Below are positions 49,078 through 58,998 of a stretch of DNA of 64,000 nucleotides, one piece after another. The position numbers and the translations under genes were made by a program. The stretch is from NCBI GenBank assembly GCA_046758745.1, contig JBHIAV010000002.1:49441-113440 (forward strand). The letters run 5' to 3'. Source of the DNA: Gemmatimonadota bacterium. Lineage in GTDB: Bacteria > Gemmatimonadota > Gemmatimonadetes > Palauibacterales > Palauibacteraceae. The first letter of the stretch is position 1; each line of letters starts with the position of its first letter. The notes under the pieces were generated by a model. That model saw only the letters and a list, made by a program, of their open reading frames with translations. It was not told the DNA's origin and did no database searches.

Positions 49078-50546
49078 TGGAAACCCGCCGGTTCTCCTCC
49101 CGCTGGGGCATGATGCTGACGATGCTCGGCATGGCGGTCGGGACCGGCAACATCTGGCGGTTTCCGCGCATCGCCGCCACGAACGGCGGTGGAGCCTTTC
49201 TCATCGCATGGGCCGTCTTCCTCCTCCTTTGGTCGGTACCGCTCATCCTTGTCGAGTTCGCCGTGGGGCGGGAGGCTCGGTGCGGACCGATCGGGGCGTT
49301 CGCGCGGCTCGCCGGCCGGCGCTTCGCGTGGATGGGGGCGTGGGTCGCGTTCACCGCCATCGCGATCATGTTCTACTATTCGGTCGTCATGGGGTGGACG
49401 ATCCGCTACCTGTGGGGATCGCTCACCGGGTCCATTCCGATGACCTCACCGGAGGCGGCGACGGGGTTCTGGGAAGCGTACATAGGCTCCGGCGCGGCCG
49501 TGCTCACCCACGCGATCGCCCTCACGCTCGGCGCCGTGGTCGTCGCACGCGGGGTGAGAGGGATCGAGTCGGCCGCGAAGCTCCTCATCCCGAGCCTCTT
49601 CCTCCTGGTGATCGTGCTCGCCGTACGGGCGGTGACGCTCGAGGGAGCGACGGCCGGCCTGGCGTTTCTCTTCACACCGGAGTGGCGCGATCTGCTGGAC
49701 GCCGGCGTGTGGCTCCAGGCGCTCACCCAGAACGCGTGGGACACGGGCGCCGGGTGGGGGCTCATCCTCGCCTATGCGGTCTACCTGCGGGAGCGTGAAG
49801 ACACGACCCTCAACGCCTTCGTCCTCGGCTTCGGGAACAACTCCGTCTCTCTCCTCGCCGGCATCATGGTGCTATGCACCGCCTTCGCCGTCATGCCGGA
49901 CGCGGCCGACACGATCGTCGGCGCAGGGAACGAGGGGCTCACTTTCATCTGGGTGCCGCAGCTGTTCGGCCGAATGCCCCTGGGGTCCTTCTTCATGGTG
50001 CTCTTCTTTCTGGCGCTCGTTTTCGCGGCGTGGACCAGTCTGATCTCGATGATCGAGCTCGCCGCCCGCGTGCTGATCGACGCCGGTATGCGGCGAAGCC
50101 GGGCGATCCTGCTCGTGGGGGTGGGCGGGTTCCTGCTCGGTCTTCCTTCCGCGCTGTCGCTCGGGTTCTTCCGGAACCAGGATTGGGTGTGGGGGGTCGG
50201 CCTGATGCTCTCAGGACTCTTCTTCGCGATCGCTGTCGCACGGTACGGAGCGGATCGCTTCCGGCGGGCCCTGGTGAACCGGGCGGAGAGCGATCTACCC
50301 GTCGGCCGCTGGTGGAACCTGGCGATGCGCCTGGTGGTGGTCGAGGCGATCGTGCTCATGGTGTGGTGGCTGTGGCAGGCCGTAGACCGCACAGACCTCG
50401 TGGCGACGTTTACCCCGTTCTCGAGCTTCAACGTCGGGACGGTCCTCGTGCAGTGGGGGCTCGCCATCGCCGTCTTCCTTTCGATCAACGGCTGGCTGGT
50501 GCGCCGCTTCGCCGCGCAGGAGAGCGAGGCGGCGCGCACCGCATGA
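49077..50546 (+). CDS. NSS family sodium-dependent amino-acid transporter
   Basis: GMAVGTGNIWRFP, GGGAFL, FYYSVV, GLTFI; about 12 TM segments; TGATG coupling. Confidence 0.93.
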   Translation: METRRFSSRWGMMLTMLGMAVGTGNIWRFPRIAATNGGGAFLIAWAVFLLLWSVPLILVEFAVGREARCGPIGAFARLAGRRFAWMGAWVAFTAIAIMFYYSVVMGWTIRYLWGSLTGSIPMTSPEAATGFWEAYIGSGAAVLTHAIALTLGAVVVARGVRGIESAAKLLIPSLFLLVIVLAVRAVTLEGATAGLAFLFTPEWRDLLDAGVWLQALTQNAWDTGAGWGLILAYAVYLREREDTTLNAFVLGFGNNSVSLLAGIMVLCTAFAVMPDAADTIVGAGNEGLTFIWVPQLFGRMPLGSFFMVLFFLALVFAAWTSLISMIELAARVLIDAGMRRSRAILLVGVGGFLLGLPSALSLGFFRNQDWVWGVGLMLSGLFFAIAVARYGADRFRRALVNRAESDLPVGRWWNLAMRLVVVEAIVLMVWWLWQAVDRTDLVATFTPFSSFNVGTVLVQWGLAIAVFLSINGWLVRRFAAQESEAARTA

Positions 50547-51178
50547 CGCGCCGCGGATCGGCCAAGGTGTCCGTCCCCGTCGAGGTCTTCCGTCATGTGC
50601 TGGGTCACCTGGCCGGAGGCGTCGCCGTTGTTACCTCACGGGGCTCGGAGGGCGAGCCGAGCGGCCTCACGGCCACGGCCGTGTGCTCGGTATCGCTGGA
50701 CCCGCCGTTGGTGCTCGTATGTGTGGAGAGCGACAGCAACACCCACGAGGCGATCCGGGCCTCACGGGCGTACGCGATCAATCTGCTCTCGCGGGCGGAC
50801 GAGACCCTCGCCGACCGCTTCTCGCACGGCCGGCCGGGCAAGTTCGCGGGCCTTGCCTTCGCCTCCGATGTCACCGGCTCCCCGATCCTCGAGGGCGTCA
50901 CCGCGTACTGCGACTGCACGGTGAAGCGGGAAGTCGCAGCGGGAGACCACACGGTGTTCATCGGGCTTGTGGAGTCGGCCCGGGTGCAGCGCTCCGGCGA
51001 GCCAGAGCCGCTCGTGCGCTATCTCGGTCGCTACGCCACGGTCGCCCGCTCGGCCGAGACGCGTGGGCACGGCCCCGAGACACCCGGGCATGGTCCGGAG
51101 GCACCCGGGCACGGACCCGAGACGCGTGGGCACGGCCCCGAGACACCCGGACAGGAACCCGAGGTGCGCGAGCCGTGA
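50543..51178 (+). CDS. Flavin reductase-like protein with C-terminal repeat tail
   Basis: GLTATAVCSVSLDPPLVLVC, AGDHTVFIG; ATGA coupling. Confidence 0.9.
   Translation: MTRRGSAKVSVPVEVFRHVLGHLAGGVAVVTSRGSEGEPSGLTATAVCSVSLDPPLVLVCVESDSNTHEAIRASRAYAINLLSRADETLADRFSHGRPGKFAGLAFASDVTGSPILEGVTAYCDCTVKREVAAGDHTVFIGLVESARVQRSGEPEPLVRYLGRYATVARSAETRGHGPETPGHGPEAPGHGPETRGHGPETPGQEPEVREP
51054..51162 (+). repeat. About 5 x 21-bp tandem repeat encoding E(T/A)(R/P)GHGP
   Basis: ETRGHGP ETPGHGP EAPGHGP ETRGHGP ETPGQEP. Confidence 0.85.
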
Positions 51179-51870
51179 CGCTGCAGGAGTTCCGGACGCT
51201 CGCCGCACGGATGTACGAGGAGATCCCGGCTCGGTTCCGGGAAGGCGTCGAGGGAGTGCTGGTGGAGCCGGGGTCGCGAGGCCACCCGAACCTGCCCGGG
51301 ATCTTCACGATGGGGGAGTGCGTGAGCGAGAGCTGGCCGGACGGGGTCGGCGAGGGCGCCGCGCTTTCCCGCATCGTCCTCTATTATGGATCCTTCCGGG
51401 AGCTGGCGCGCGGCGATCCGGCGTTCGACTGGAAGGAGGAGCTGTGGGAGACGATCCTCCACGAGCTGCTCCACCACCGCGAATACGCGGCGCACGAGGA
51501 GGGACTCGAGGTCTTGGACTGGGCGATTGACCAGAACTTCCGCCGCCTCGCCGGCCGGCCGTTCGATCCCGATTTCCCGCGTGCCATCCCGCCTGACCCG
51601 GACGGGGCTGTGCGGCTGGAATCGGAGATCTTCGTGGAAACTTCGGCGCGGCCACGCGACCGGGAGTCCCGCTTTTGGTGGCGCGATGCGGCCTACACGG
51701 TGCGGCTCCCCCCCGGCGACCGGGCGGCGTTCGTCACCGTGCGGAACCTAGCCAACGGCAGGCTGTGCGTGGTCGTGCGGCGACGCCGACCGTGGTGGCG
51801 ACGGCTCCTCGGCGGCCAGGCCGGGCCCGTCGAGCTCGAGCGACGCGCCCTTCCCGCCCCCACCGGATAG
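51175..51870 (+). CDS. Zincin-like metallopeptidase
   Basis: 'RIVLYYGSF...ELWETILHELLHH'; GTGA coupling. Confidence 0.8.
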   Translation: MTLQEFRTLAARMYEEIPARFREGVEGVLVEPGSRGHPNLPGIFTMGECVSESWPDGVGEGAALSRIVLYYGSFRELARGDPAFDWKEELWETILHELLHHREYAAHEEGLEVLDWAIDQNFRRLAGRPFDPDFPRAIPPDPDGAVRLESEIFVETSARPRDRESRFWWRDAAYTVRLPPGDRAAFVTVRNLANGRLCVVVRRRRPWWRRLLGGQAGPVELERRALPAPTG

Positions 51871-51887
51871 CCGCGGTGGGCTTCCGC

Positions 51888-53150
51888 ATGCTGGGCTCGT
51901 TCTCGATCGGTCGTTGGTTCGGATTCCGCATCCGTATCGACTACTCCTGGTTCGTCGTCTTCGCGCTCGTCCTGTGGACGTTCAGCGCGTACGAGTTCCC
52001 GAGCCGCCTGCCGGGGCAGGCCAGGGTCGCGTACTACCTGATGGGCGGAGCCGCGGCCGTGCTCTTCTTCCTCTCGGTGCTCCTCCACGAGCTCTCGCAC
52101 TCCGCCGTGGCACGCGCGCGCGGGATCCCCGTCGAGGGGATCACCCTGTTCATCTTCGGGGGAGTCGCGCAGATGCGGATGGAAGCGAGGCGGCCCGCCG
52201 ACGAGTTCCTCCTCACAGCGGTGGGCCCGCTCTCGAGCTTCCTGCTCGCCGGGCTCTTCTTCACGCTAGACGTTGCGGTCGATTTCTTGGCATGGCCGCG
52301 GCCGATCGGGGCGGTGGCGGCCTTTCTCGCGCTGCTCAACCTGGTCCTCGCCGTGTTCAATCTGATCCCGGCCTTCCCGCTCGACGGTGGGCGCCTTTTC
52401 CGCTCCGCCATGTGGCGCCTCACCGGGAACCTGGACACGTCGACCCGGTGGGCCACGCTGCTCGGACGCGGCTTCGGGTATCTGCTCCTCCTGACCGGCT
52501 TCTTGGCGGCGCTTCAGGGGTTACTGCTTCCGGGGCTGTGGGCCGGACTCCTCGGGTGGTTCATCGCGAACGCCGCGGGTGCCAGCTATCGGCAGTTCGT
52601 CGTACGGCGCGCCCTGGCCGGCGTCCGCGTGGAGCAGGTGATGTTCCCCGACCCGCTCGCGGTGCGCGCGGATCTCACGGCCGCCGAGCTGGCCGACCGA
52701 TACTTTCTCCGCTGGCCATTCAGCGCCTACCCGGTCGTACAGGACGACCGTCTCGTCGGCCTCGTGTCTCTGGATGCCGTGGCCGAGCTGAGCCCCCAGG
52801 CCCGGAGCAGCGCCCTGGTTTCCGAACTCATGCGACCGGCCGAGGAGATCCAGATCGTGAGTCCGGAGGAGACGCTGGACGACGTCCTGGCACGCCTCGA
52901 GCCGGCGGACGAGGGCCGCGTGCTCGTGGCACGCGATGGGGAGCTTGTGGGCGTGCTGACCCTGCGCGATATCGGCCGCTGGGTGGAGCGCGCCCGCCGC
53001 CTCGGAAGGGTCGGGGAATGGGGTGGGGGCGGAGCCGGCGCCCTCGGGGTCGGAGGCGGGCCACAGGGGGTCGGGAGGTACAGGACGGAGCCCGGCGATT
53101 CGGAGTCTAGGCAGACCGGGGCGGGATGGGAGGGCGGTCCGGATGGTTGA
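51888..53150 (+). CDS. Site-2 protease (M50) with tandem CBS domains
   Basis: LLHELSH, FIFGGVA, NLIPAFPLDGG, CBS pair. Confidence 0.92.
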   Translation: MLGSFSIGRWFGFRIRIDYSWFVVFALVLWTFSAYEFPSRLPGQARVAYYLMGGAAAVLFFLSVLLHELSHSAVARARGIPVEGITLFIFGGVAQMRMEARRPADEFLLTAVGPLSSFLLAGLFFTLDVAVDFLAWPRPIGAVAAFLALLNLVLAVFNLIPAFPLDGGRLFRSAMWRLTGNLDTSTRWATLLGRGFGYLLLLTGFLAALQGLLLPGLWAGLLGWFIANAAGASYRQFVVRRALAGVRVEQVMFPDPLAVRADLTAAELADRYFLRWPFSAYPVVQDDRLVGLVSLDAVAELSPQARSSALVSELMRPAEEIQIVSPEETLDDVLARLEPADEGRVLVARDGELVGVLTLRDIGRWVERARRLGRVGEWGGGGAGALGVGGGPQGVGRYRTEPGDSESRQTGAGWEGGPDG

Positions 53151-53997
53151 GCGGCGTCGGGCCGGAGGGAGGCACGGCCGGGGCGGCAAGGAAAAGGATC
53201 CCGGGACGGGTCAAAGCCGAAGCGGGCGGGGCCGGGCCGTGGAGGACGGGTCAGCCGCGACAGCGAGGAGGAAGACCGCCGAGGGGGCGAAGGACGCTGC
53301 GACGCCGGCAAAGAAGCGTGGCGGCTCTCCGCCGAAGGAGCCCGCGGCGGGGATCGTGGCGGCGCGTCGCCGGATGGTCGAGTGGAGCGCTCCGATCCTC
53401 GCCGAGCGTTATCCCGACACGAGGGTCACCCTCGATTACAAGACGCCCCTCCAGCTCCTCATCGCGACCATCCTGTCGGCCCAGTGCACGGACGAACGCG
53501 TGAACCGGGTCACCCCCGCCCTCTTCCGGCGCTACTCGGAGGCACGGGACTTCGCGGAGGCCGATCGCAGAGAGCTGGAGGAGTTGATTCGTCCGACCGG
53601 TTTCTACCGGAACAAGGCGAAGCACATCCAGGAGATGGCGCGTTGCGTGGTGGAGGAGTACGCGGGAGAGGTACCGGGCGCGATGGAGGACCTGCTCCGG
53701 CTTTCCGGTGTGGCCAGAAAGACGGCGAACGTCGTGCTCAGCAACGCGTTCGGAAAGCTCGAGGGCGTGGTGGTAGACACACACGTGAGGCGTGTGGCGG
53801 GTCGTCTCGGCCTCACGGATGAGAAGGACCCGGAGAAGATCGAGCGTGATCTCATGGAGGCGATCCCCCGCCGCCAGTGGCGCAGCTACGCGTGGCGCCT
53901 GATCCTGCATGGTCGGAGCCGGTGCTACGCGCGCAAGCCGGACTGCGCCGGGTGCGAGCTGTCCGATCGCTGTCCCGGCGCCTTCGCGTTCGGTTAG
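53143..53997 (+). CDS. nth: Endonuclease III
   Basis: LSAQCTDERVN, GVARKTANV, VDTHV, CYARKPDCAGC...C. Start is uncertain. Confidence 0.93.
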   Translation: MVERRRAGGRHGRGGKEKDPGTGQSRSGRGRAVEDGSAATARRKTAEGAKDAATPAKKRGGSPPKEPAAGIVAARRRMVEWSAPILAERYPDTRVTLDYKTPLQLLIATILSAQCTDERVNRVTPALFRRYSEARDFAEADRRELEELIRPTGFYRNKAKHIQEMARCVVEEYAGEVPGAMEDLLRLSGVARKTANVVLSNAFGKLEGVVVDTHVRRVAGRLGLTDEKDPEKIERDLMEAIPRRQWRSYAWRLILHGRSRCYARKPDCAGCELSDRCPGAFAFG

Positions 53998-54082
53998 ACG
54001 GTCGGCTGTCGGACCGACGATCGTGCCGGCCGCGGGAGCGGTCGCAGGATCGGCGGGCCCTTCAGCGTGGGGTTCGTGGAGC

Positions 54083-55264
54083 ATGGCCACGACGACGAAG
54101 CGAGATGACCTGGACCTCCGCGCCCGCATTCAAGAGCGTGCGCTCGAGCTCGGCTTCGACCAGGTCGGCTTCGCCCCTGCCGATCCGCCCGCCCACGCCG
54201 AGACCTATCTCCGGTGGCTGCGAGAGGGCCTGCACGGCGAGATGGGGTACATGGCGCGCGGGGACGCGGTGCGGCGCCGAGTGGATCCGGGCCGGGCCCT
54301 GCCCGGCTGCCGGTCGATCGTGCTGGTCAGCCTGAGCTACGCGTCGAGCGGGGAGGAAGCAGGGGCCGGCGACCCCCTGCGCCCGATCGTCGCCCGCTAC
54401 GCTCGGGGGCGCGACTACCATGATGTCTTCGAAGAGCGCCTGCGCGACCTGGCCGACGCGATCCTGGAGATGGCGCCGGATGCCCGCCTTAAGCCGTACG
54501 TGGACTACGGGCCTGTGCTGGAGCGGGATCACGCCCAGCGGGCGGGACTCGGGTGGATTGGCAAGAACACCGTGCTCATCGACCCTGAGCTCGGCTCTTA
54601 CCTCCTCCTCGGCGAGCTGCTCACCACGCTGTACCTGGAACCCGACGAGCCCTTCACGGCCGATCGATGCGGCACGTGTACGCGCTGCATCGCCGCCTGC
54701 CCGACCGGTGCGATCAGAGGACCGCGCGAGCTCGATGCGCGTCTGTGCATCTCCTACCTGACAATCGAGCTCCGCGGGCCGATCCCCGTCGAGCTACGGC
54801 CGCTCATCGGAAGCCGCGTGTTCGGGTGCGACATCTGCCAGGAGGTGTGCCCGTGGAACGAGGAGGCGCCGCCCGGAGATTGCAAGACGCTGGCGCTCGG
54901 GCGGCCGGTCGCTCCCGAGAGCCTGATCACCTGGGCCGAGGAGCTGCTGGCGCTTGACGAAGAGACTTTCCGTGTGCGCTACCGGGACACGGCGCTCCGG
55001 CGCCCCGGCCGCCACGGTCTCCTGCGGAACGTGTGCGTCGGCCTGGGGAACAGCGGCCGAGCCGAGGCTGTCCCGATTCTCATCCGGGCCCTGCGCGACT
55101 CCGAGCCGCTCGTGCGGGGGCATGCCGCCTGGGCGCTCGGACAGCTGGGTGGGCCGGAATCGAAGGTCGCTCTCCGGAGGCGGCTGGCTCGAGGGGAGGA
55201 GGAGTGGGTGCGGCGAGAGGTGGAGACGGCCCTGGAGGCGACCGGCGCGCCGGGCGCACGGTGA
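54083..55264 (+). CDS. queG: Epoxyqueuosine reductase
   Basis: YARGRDYH, GWIGKN, CGTCTRCIAACPT, CISYLTIE, GCDICQEVCPWN, HEAT repeat. Confidence 0.95.
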   Translation: MATTTKRDDLDLRARIQERALELGFDQVGFAPADPPAHAETYLRWLREGLHGEMGYMARGDAVRRRVDPGRALPGCRSIVLVSLSYASSGEEAGAGDPLRPIVARYARGRDYHDVFEERLRDLADAILEMAPDARLKPYVDYGPVLERDHAQRAGLGWIGKNTVLIDPELGSYLLLGELLTTLYLEPDEPFTADRCGTCTRCIAACPTGAIRGPRELDARLCISYLTIELRGPIPVELRPLIGSRVFGCDICQEVCPWNEEAPPGDCKTLALGRPVAPESLITWAEELLALDEETFRVRYRDTALRRPGRHGLLRNVCVGLGNSGRAEAVPILIRALRDSEPLVRGHAAWALGQLGGPESKVALRRRLARGEEEWVRREVETALEATGAPGAR

Positions 55265-55331
55265 CGACGGCGCGACGCGGCGGCTCCGCTCCCGGGCGCA
55301 GCTCTCCTCCGCCGAGGAGCCGGATGCGCGG

Positions 55332-55450
55332 GTGAGGGTGGTGCTCGATAACGCCGCCGTGGCGGGGCGGCTCCCGCCGGCCGAGTGATCCGGCTCGTGG
55401 CAGAAGCGCTGGCGGCGTTCTCCCGCGGGGGCGGCATCGCCCCGGCGTTC
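55332..55450 (+). pseudogene. Possible frameshifted N-terminal remnant of an ornithine cyclodeaminase/mu-crystallin family gene
   Basis: VRVVLDNAAVAGRLPPAE, then after a one-base shift VIRLVAEALAAFSRGGGIAP; no continuation beyond this. Confidence 0.3.
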
Positions 55451-55515
55451 TCCCTTATTGCGGAGCCCTTCGGGCAGAGGCGCGCTCCGCAAACGCAGGC
55501 GGTCTCCCACCGATC

Positions 55516-55544
55516 TTGACGGCTGGCGCGCTTCCGAGTAGAAT
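55516..55544 (+). promoter_or_regulatory. Sigma70 promoter of the MCO-ZIP operon
   Basis: TTGACG (55516-55521), 17-bp spacer, TAGAAT (55539-55544). Confidence 0.8.
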
Positions 55545-55563
55545 TTTAGGCAAGACTAAATTT
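55542..55563. promoter_or_regulatory. DtxR/IdeR/MntR-type operator
   Basis: Dyad TTTAG-gcaaga-CTAAA with AT-rich flanks, overlapping the -10/+1 region; resembles the TTAGGnnnnCCTAA core. Confidence 0.75.
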
Positions 55564-55638
55564 CGTGCGTCGGTGACCATAAGCCGGCGTGATTGCGGAA
55601 GCTGAGAGGAAAGGCGCGGCGATCGTCGGGCGGGGCGT

Positions 55639-56718
55639 ATGAAACCCGAGAAACTGACCCGAAGAGACTGGCTCAAGCTGGGCGCTGTCGGCGTGGCGGG
55701 CCTCTCCGGAGCGACTGTCCTCCACCTTGCCGGACGGGGCGGGGCGGCCAGCTCCCTCGCGGCGGCGGGGATCCAGGAGCCGGCGGCCTACGATCCGCAC
55801 GGGCGGGCGCGGCCGCGGATCGGCGTGTACGGCGATGGGAAGCCGGGGGACGGCTTCGATCCCATGGCCTATCTTACCGACTTCGATTACGGCGAGGTGA
55901 GCCGCACTCTCTCCGGACGAACGGTGCGCGAGTACAAGATCGTATCCCTCGACCGCGAGATCGAGGTCGCTCCGGGGGTGTGGTTCCCCGCCTTTACCTA
56001 CAACGGGCAGGTGCCCGGACCCACGATCCGCTGCACGGAGGGAGACCTCCTCCGGATCCACTTTATAAACGCCGGTTCGGATCCGCATACCATCCACTTC
56101 CACGGCGCCCACCCGCCGGAGATGGACGGTCTGGAGCCGATCGTGGAGCCGGGCCAAAAGTTCACGTACGAATTCACTGCCAGGCCCTTCGGGCTGCACC
56201 TCTATCACTGCCACGTCATGCCCCTGAAGCGGCACATTCACAAGGGGCTGTACGGCGTCTTCATCGTCGACCCGCCGGAGGGGCGGACGCCGGCGCGGGA
56301 GATGGTGATGGTGATGAACGGTTTCGACACGAACTTCGACGGGGAGAACGAGGTGTACGCCGTCAACACGGCGCCGTTCTACTATCATACCCACCCGCTT
56401 CGGGTCGGCGTGAACGACCCGGTGCGCGTGTATCTGGTCAACGCCACCGAGTTCGACCCGGTCAACTCGTTCCACCTGCACGCCGCGATGTTCCGGGTGT
56501 ACCGCAACGGGACGCGGCTCGACCACTACGAGCTCACCGACACGGTCATGCTCTGCCAGGGCGAGCGGCATATCCTGGAGTTGGGGCTCGAGCACGCGGG
56601 CCTGCACCTGTTCCACGCTCACCAGAGCGAGTTCGCCGAGCTCGGCTGGATGGGCTTCTTCGACGCCGTGCCTCGACTGGCCGCCGACGCGGGCGTCCCG
56701 ATGCATCGGTATGGTTGA
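55639..56718 (+). CDS. Tat-exported two-domain multicopper oxidase
   Basis: TRRDWLK Tat motif, HTIHFHG, YHCH...HIHKGL, FHLH, FHAH. Confidence 0.92.
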   Translation: MKPEKLTRRDWLKLGAVGVAGLSGATVLHLAGRGGAASSLAAAGIQEPAAYDPHGRARPRIGVYGDGKPGDGFDPMAYLTDFDYGEVSRTLSGRTVREYKIVSLDREIEVAPGVWFPAFTYNGQVPGPTIRCTEGDLLRIHFINAGSDPHTIHFHGAHPPEMDGLEPIVEPGQKFTYEFTARPFGLHLYHCHVMPLKRHIHKGLYGVFIVDPPEGRTPAREMVMVMNGFDTNFDGENEVYAVNTAPFYYHTHPLRVGVNDPVRVYLVNATEFDPVNSFHLHAAMFRVYRNGTRLDHYELTDTVMLCQGERHILELGLEHAGLHLFHAHQSEFAELGWMGFFDAVPRLAADAGVPMHRYG

Positions 56719-58009
56719 GCGCGGGCCGGCGGACACCCGGGCAGCGGCGGCGGAAATCCGCCGCGAACCGGTCGGTCTTCGCGGTCCCGCCGACGCCGGC
56801 GCGGGGCCCGACCCGGGCCCGGCCGGGCCAGCGTCCCCCGGTCGAGGGTGGCTGCTCGGTCTCGGGCCGCTCGTGCTCCTGGCGGGGCTCGTGGCGCTCT
56901 TCCTGCGCTTCGACCCCACCGGCTTCCTTCGGGAGGCGTTCCCGCCGGTGGAGGAGCTGACGATCGAGCGGGTCACCTTCCCGGCGCCGGGCAGGATGGT
57001 CGTGCACGTGGTGAACGGCGGACCGGAGCCGGTCACGATCGCCCAGGTGCAGGTTGACGAGGCGTACTGGCAGCACACCGTCGAGCCCGATCGGACCGTG
57101 CCGCGGCTGGGCCGCGTCCGCGTCGAGCTAGCATATCCTTGGGTCGAGGGGGAACCGCACCAGATCGGGCTCGTATCCTCCACCGGCCTCACCTTCGCGC
57201 GCGAGGTGGCGGTGGCCACCCTCACCCCACGAACCAACGCGCGCTACTTCGGCACCTTCGCGCTCCTTGGCGTGTACGCCGGCGTTGTGCCCGTGATCAT
57301 CGGCCTGCTCTGGTATCCGTTCCTGCGCGACGTGAGCCGCCGGTGGCTACACTTCTTCCTGAGCCTCACGATCGGACTTCTCGTCTTTCTCGGTGTCGAT
57401 TCATTGCATGAGGCGCTGGAGTCCGCCGGCCGTGTACCGGACGCCTTCCAGGGGGTGGGCCTCGTCATCCTCGGGGTAGCGGGGAGCATGCTGGCGCTGC
57501 GTTCCGCCGGCCACGCCCGCGGCTCGCGATGGGGGAGAGAGCTCGACGATCGCCACACACGGCTCCGGCTCGCCTACCTCATCGCGATCGGGATCGGTCT
57601 GCATAATCTTGGCGAAGGGCTCGCCATCGGAGCGTCCTTCGCGGTCGGCGAGATCGCTCTCGGGAGCTTCCTGGTGATCGGGTTTGCCCTCCACAACACC
57701 ACGGAGGGTCTCGGGATCGTCGCGCCCGTGGCGAGCGACCGTCCGTCGCTCTGGCACCTCGGGGCGATGGGGGGAATCGCGGGGATCCCGACGATCACGG
57801 GGGCATGGATCGGCGGCTTCGCCTACACGCCGATCTTCGGGGCGCTCTTCCTCGCGCTGGGGGCCGGGGCGATCTTCCAGGTCGTGGCGGAGCTCACTCG
57901 TGTGATCCAGCGACGCGCAGCAGACGGTGTTTTCGCTCCCCTCAACGCGGCGGGCCTCGCGGTGGGGCTTTTCATCATGTACGGGACCGCCCTGCTCGTC
58001 GTCGCCTAG
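56711..58009 (+). CDS. ZIP family metal transporter with N-terminal periplasmic extension
   Basis: GIGLHNLGEGLAIG, FALHNTTEGLG; overlaps the MCO stop codon. Confidence 0.9.
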   Translation: MVERGPADTRAAAAEIRREPVGLRGPADAGAGPDPGPAGPASPGRGWLLGLGPLVLLAGLVALFLRFDPTGFLREAFPPVEELTIERVTFPAPGRMVVHVVNGGPEPVTIAQVQVDEAYWQHTVEPDRTVPRLGRVRVELAYPWVEGEPHQIGLVSSTGLTFAREVAVATLTPRTNARYFGTFALLGVYAGVVPVIIGLLWYPFLRDVSRRWLHFFLSLTIGLLVFLGVDSLHEALESAGRVPDAFQGVGLVILGVAGSMLALRSAGHARGSRWGRELDDRHTRLRLAYLIAIGIGLHNLGEGLAIGASFAVGEIALGSFLVIGFALHNTTEGLGIVAPVASDRPSLWHLGAMGGIAGIPTITGAWIGGFAYTPIFGALFLALGAGAIFQVVAELTRVIQRRAADGVFAPLNAAGLAVGLFIMYGTALLVVA

Positions 58010-58494
58010 CCCACCCGCCCGCCCCCCTCGCCTGATCGAGAAAAGAGACGGGCCAGCCAGTCGGCCACGACGCGGAGCTCCGCCTCGTCGCGATCGGTGA
58101 AGGCGGCGATGCGGTCGCTGTCCAGATCTAGTTGGCCGAAGATGCGGCTGGTCTTCCGGTCTCGGATGAGCACCACGAGCTCCGATTGCGTCTCCACGCT
58201 GCACGCGAGGTAGTTCTCGAGCTCGTTGACGTTCGGGACGTTGATGTCCCGCTCCTCCGCGACCGCGGCGCCGCACACCCCGACGCCCACCGCGATCCGG
58301 TCGTGCTCCGTCGGCCGGCCGATGTAGCTGTGGAGCGCCAGAGTCTCGTCTTCGAGGAGGTAGATCCCCACCCAGTCGAAGCGATCGTCCGCCCGCCCGA
58401 TCGCTCCCACGGCTTCGCGCAGCAGCGCATCCCTGCTCGCCCCCGCCTCGCGGGCGGCCTGGAGCTCGCGAACGATCGAGCTTCCGTCCAGCAT
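58006..58494 (-). CDS. GAF-domain protein (fRMsr/MsrC-like)
   Basis: WVGIYL, GVCGAA, YLACS..TQSELVV, LDLDS...F. Confidence 0.85.
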   Translation of the reverse strand: MLDGSSIVRELQAAREAGASRDALLREAVGAIGRADDRFDWVGIYLLEDETLALHSYIGRPTEHDRIAVGVGVCGAAVAEERDINVPNVNELENYLACSVETQSELVVLIRDRKTSRIFGQLDLDSDRIAAFTDRDEAELRVVADWLARLFSRSGEGGGRVG

Positions 58495-58506
58495 CTCCGG
58501 ATCCCT

Positions 58507-58998
58507 CTAGAGCTCGATCACCCGGCCGGGCCGTCCGCCTCGCCTCGCCTCCCCGTCGTCCGCCGGCCCAGCGGGCTCATCGGGCAGGTCTGCCTCGAAG
58601 ACGGACCAGGAAGTCGGTGAGATCTGCGTCACGACCAGCCGCTCCATGAGCCGGTCGCGGACTCGCCGGATCAGCAAACGCCGGAGCGGCCGCGCGAGCA
58701 GGAGAAGGCCGGCGATGTCGGTGAACACCCCCGGAGTGATGAGCAGCACGCCGGCCACCAGGATCCCAAGGGCGTGCAGGAGCTCTTCGGCGGGGAGCCG
58801 TCCGGCGCCAAGCTCCGCCCGCACCGCTCCCCAGCTCCGCATTCCCTCTCGACGCGCCAGCCATGCGCCCGCCATGCCGGTCCCCAGGACAAGCCCCAGG
58901 GTCGGCGCCAGACCCAGCCAGCCGCCGAGGCGGAGAAGCACGGCGAGCTCCAGGAGCGGGACGAGGGTGAAAGCGAGCAGGAGCCGAAGCAGCGTCAT
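58507..58998 (-). CDS. fxsA: FxsA family membrane protein
   Basis: VPLLEL, LLITPGVFTDIAG; ATGA coupling. Confidence 0.88.
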   Translation of the reverse strand: MTLLRLLLAFTLVPLLELAVLLRLGGWLGLAPTLGLVLGTGMAGAWLARREGMRSWGAVRAELGAGRLPAEELLHALGILVAGVLLITPGVFTDIAGLLLLARPLRRLLIRRVRDRLMERLVVTQISPTSWSVFEADLPDEPAGPADDGEARRGGRPGRVIEL

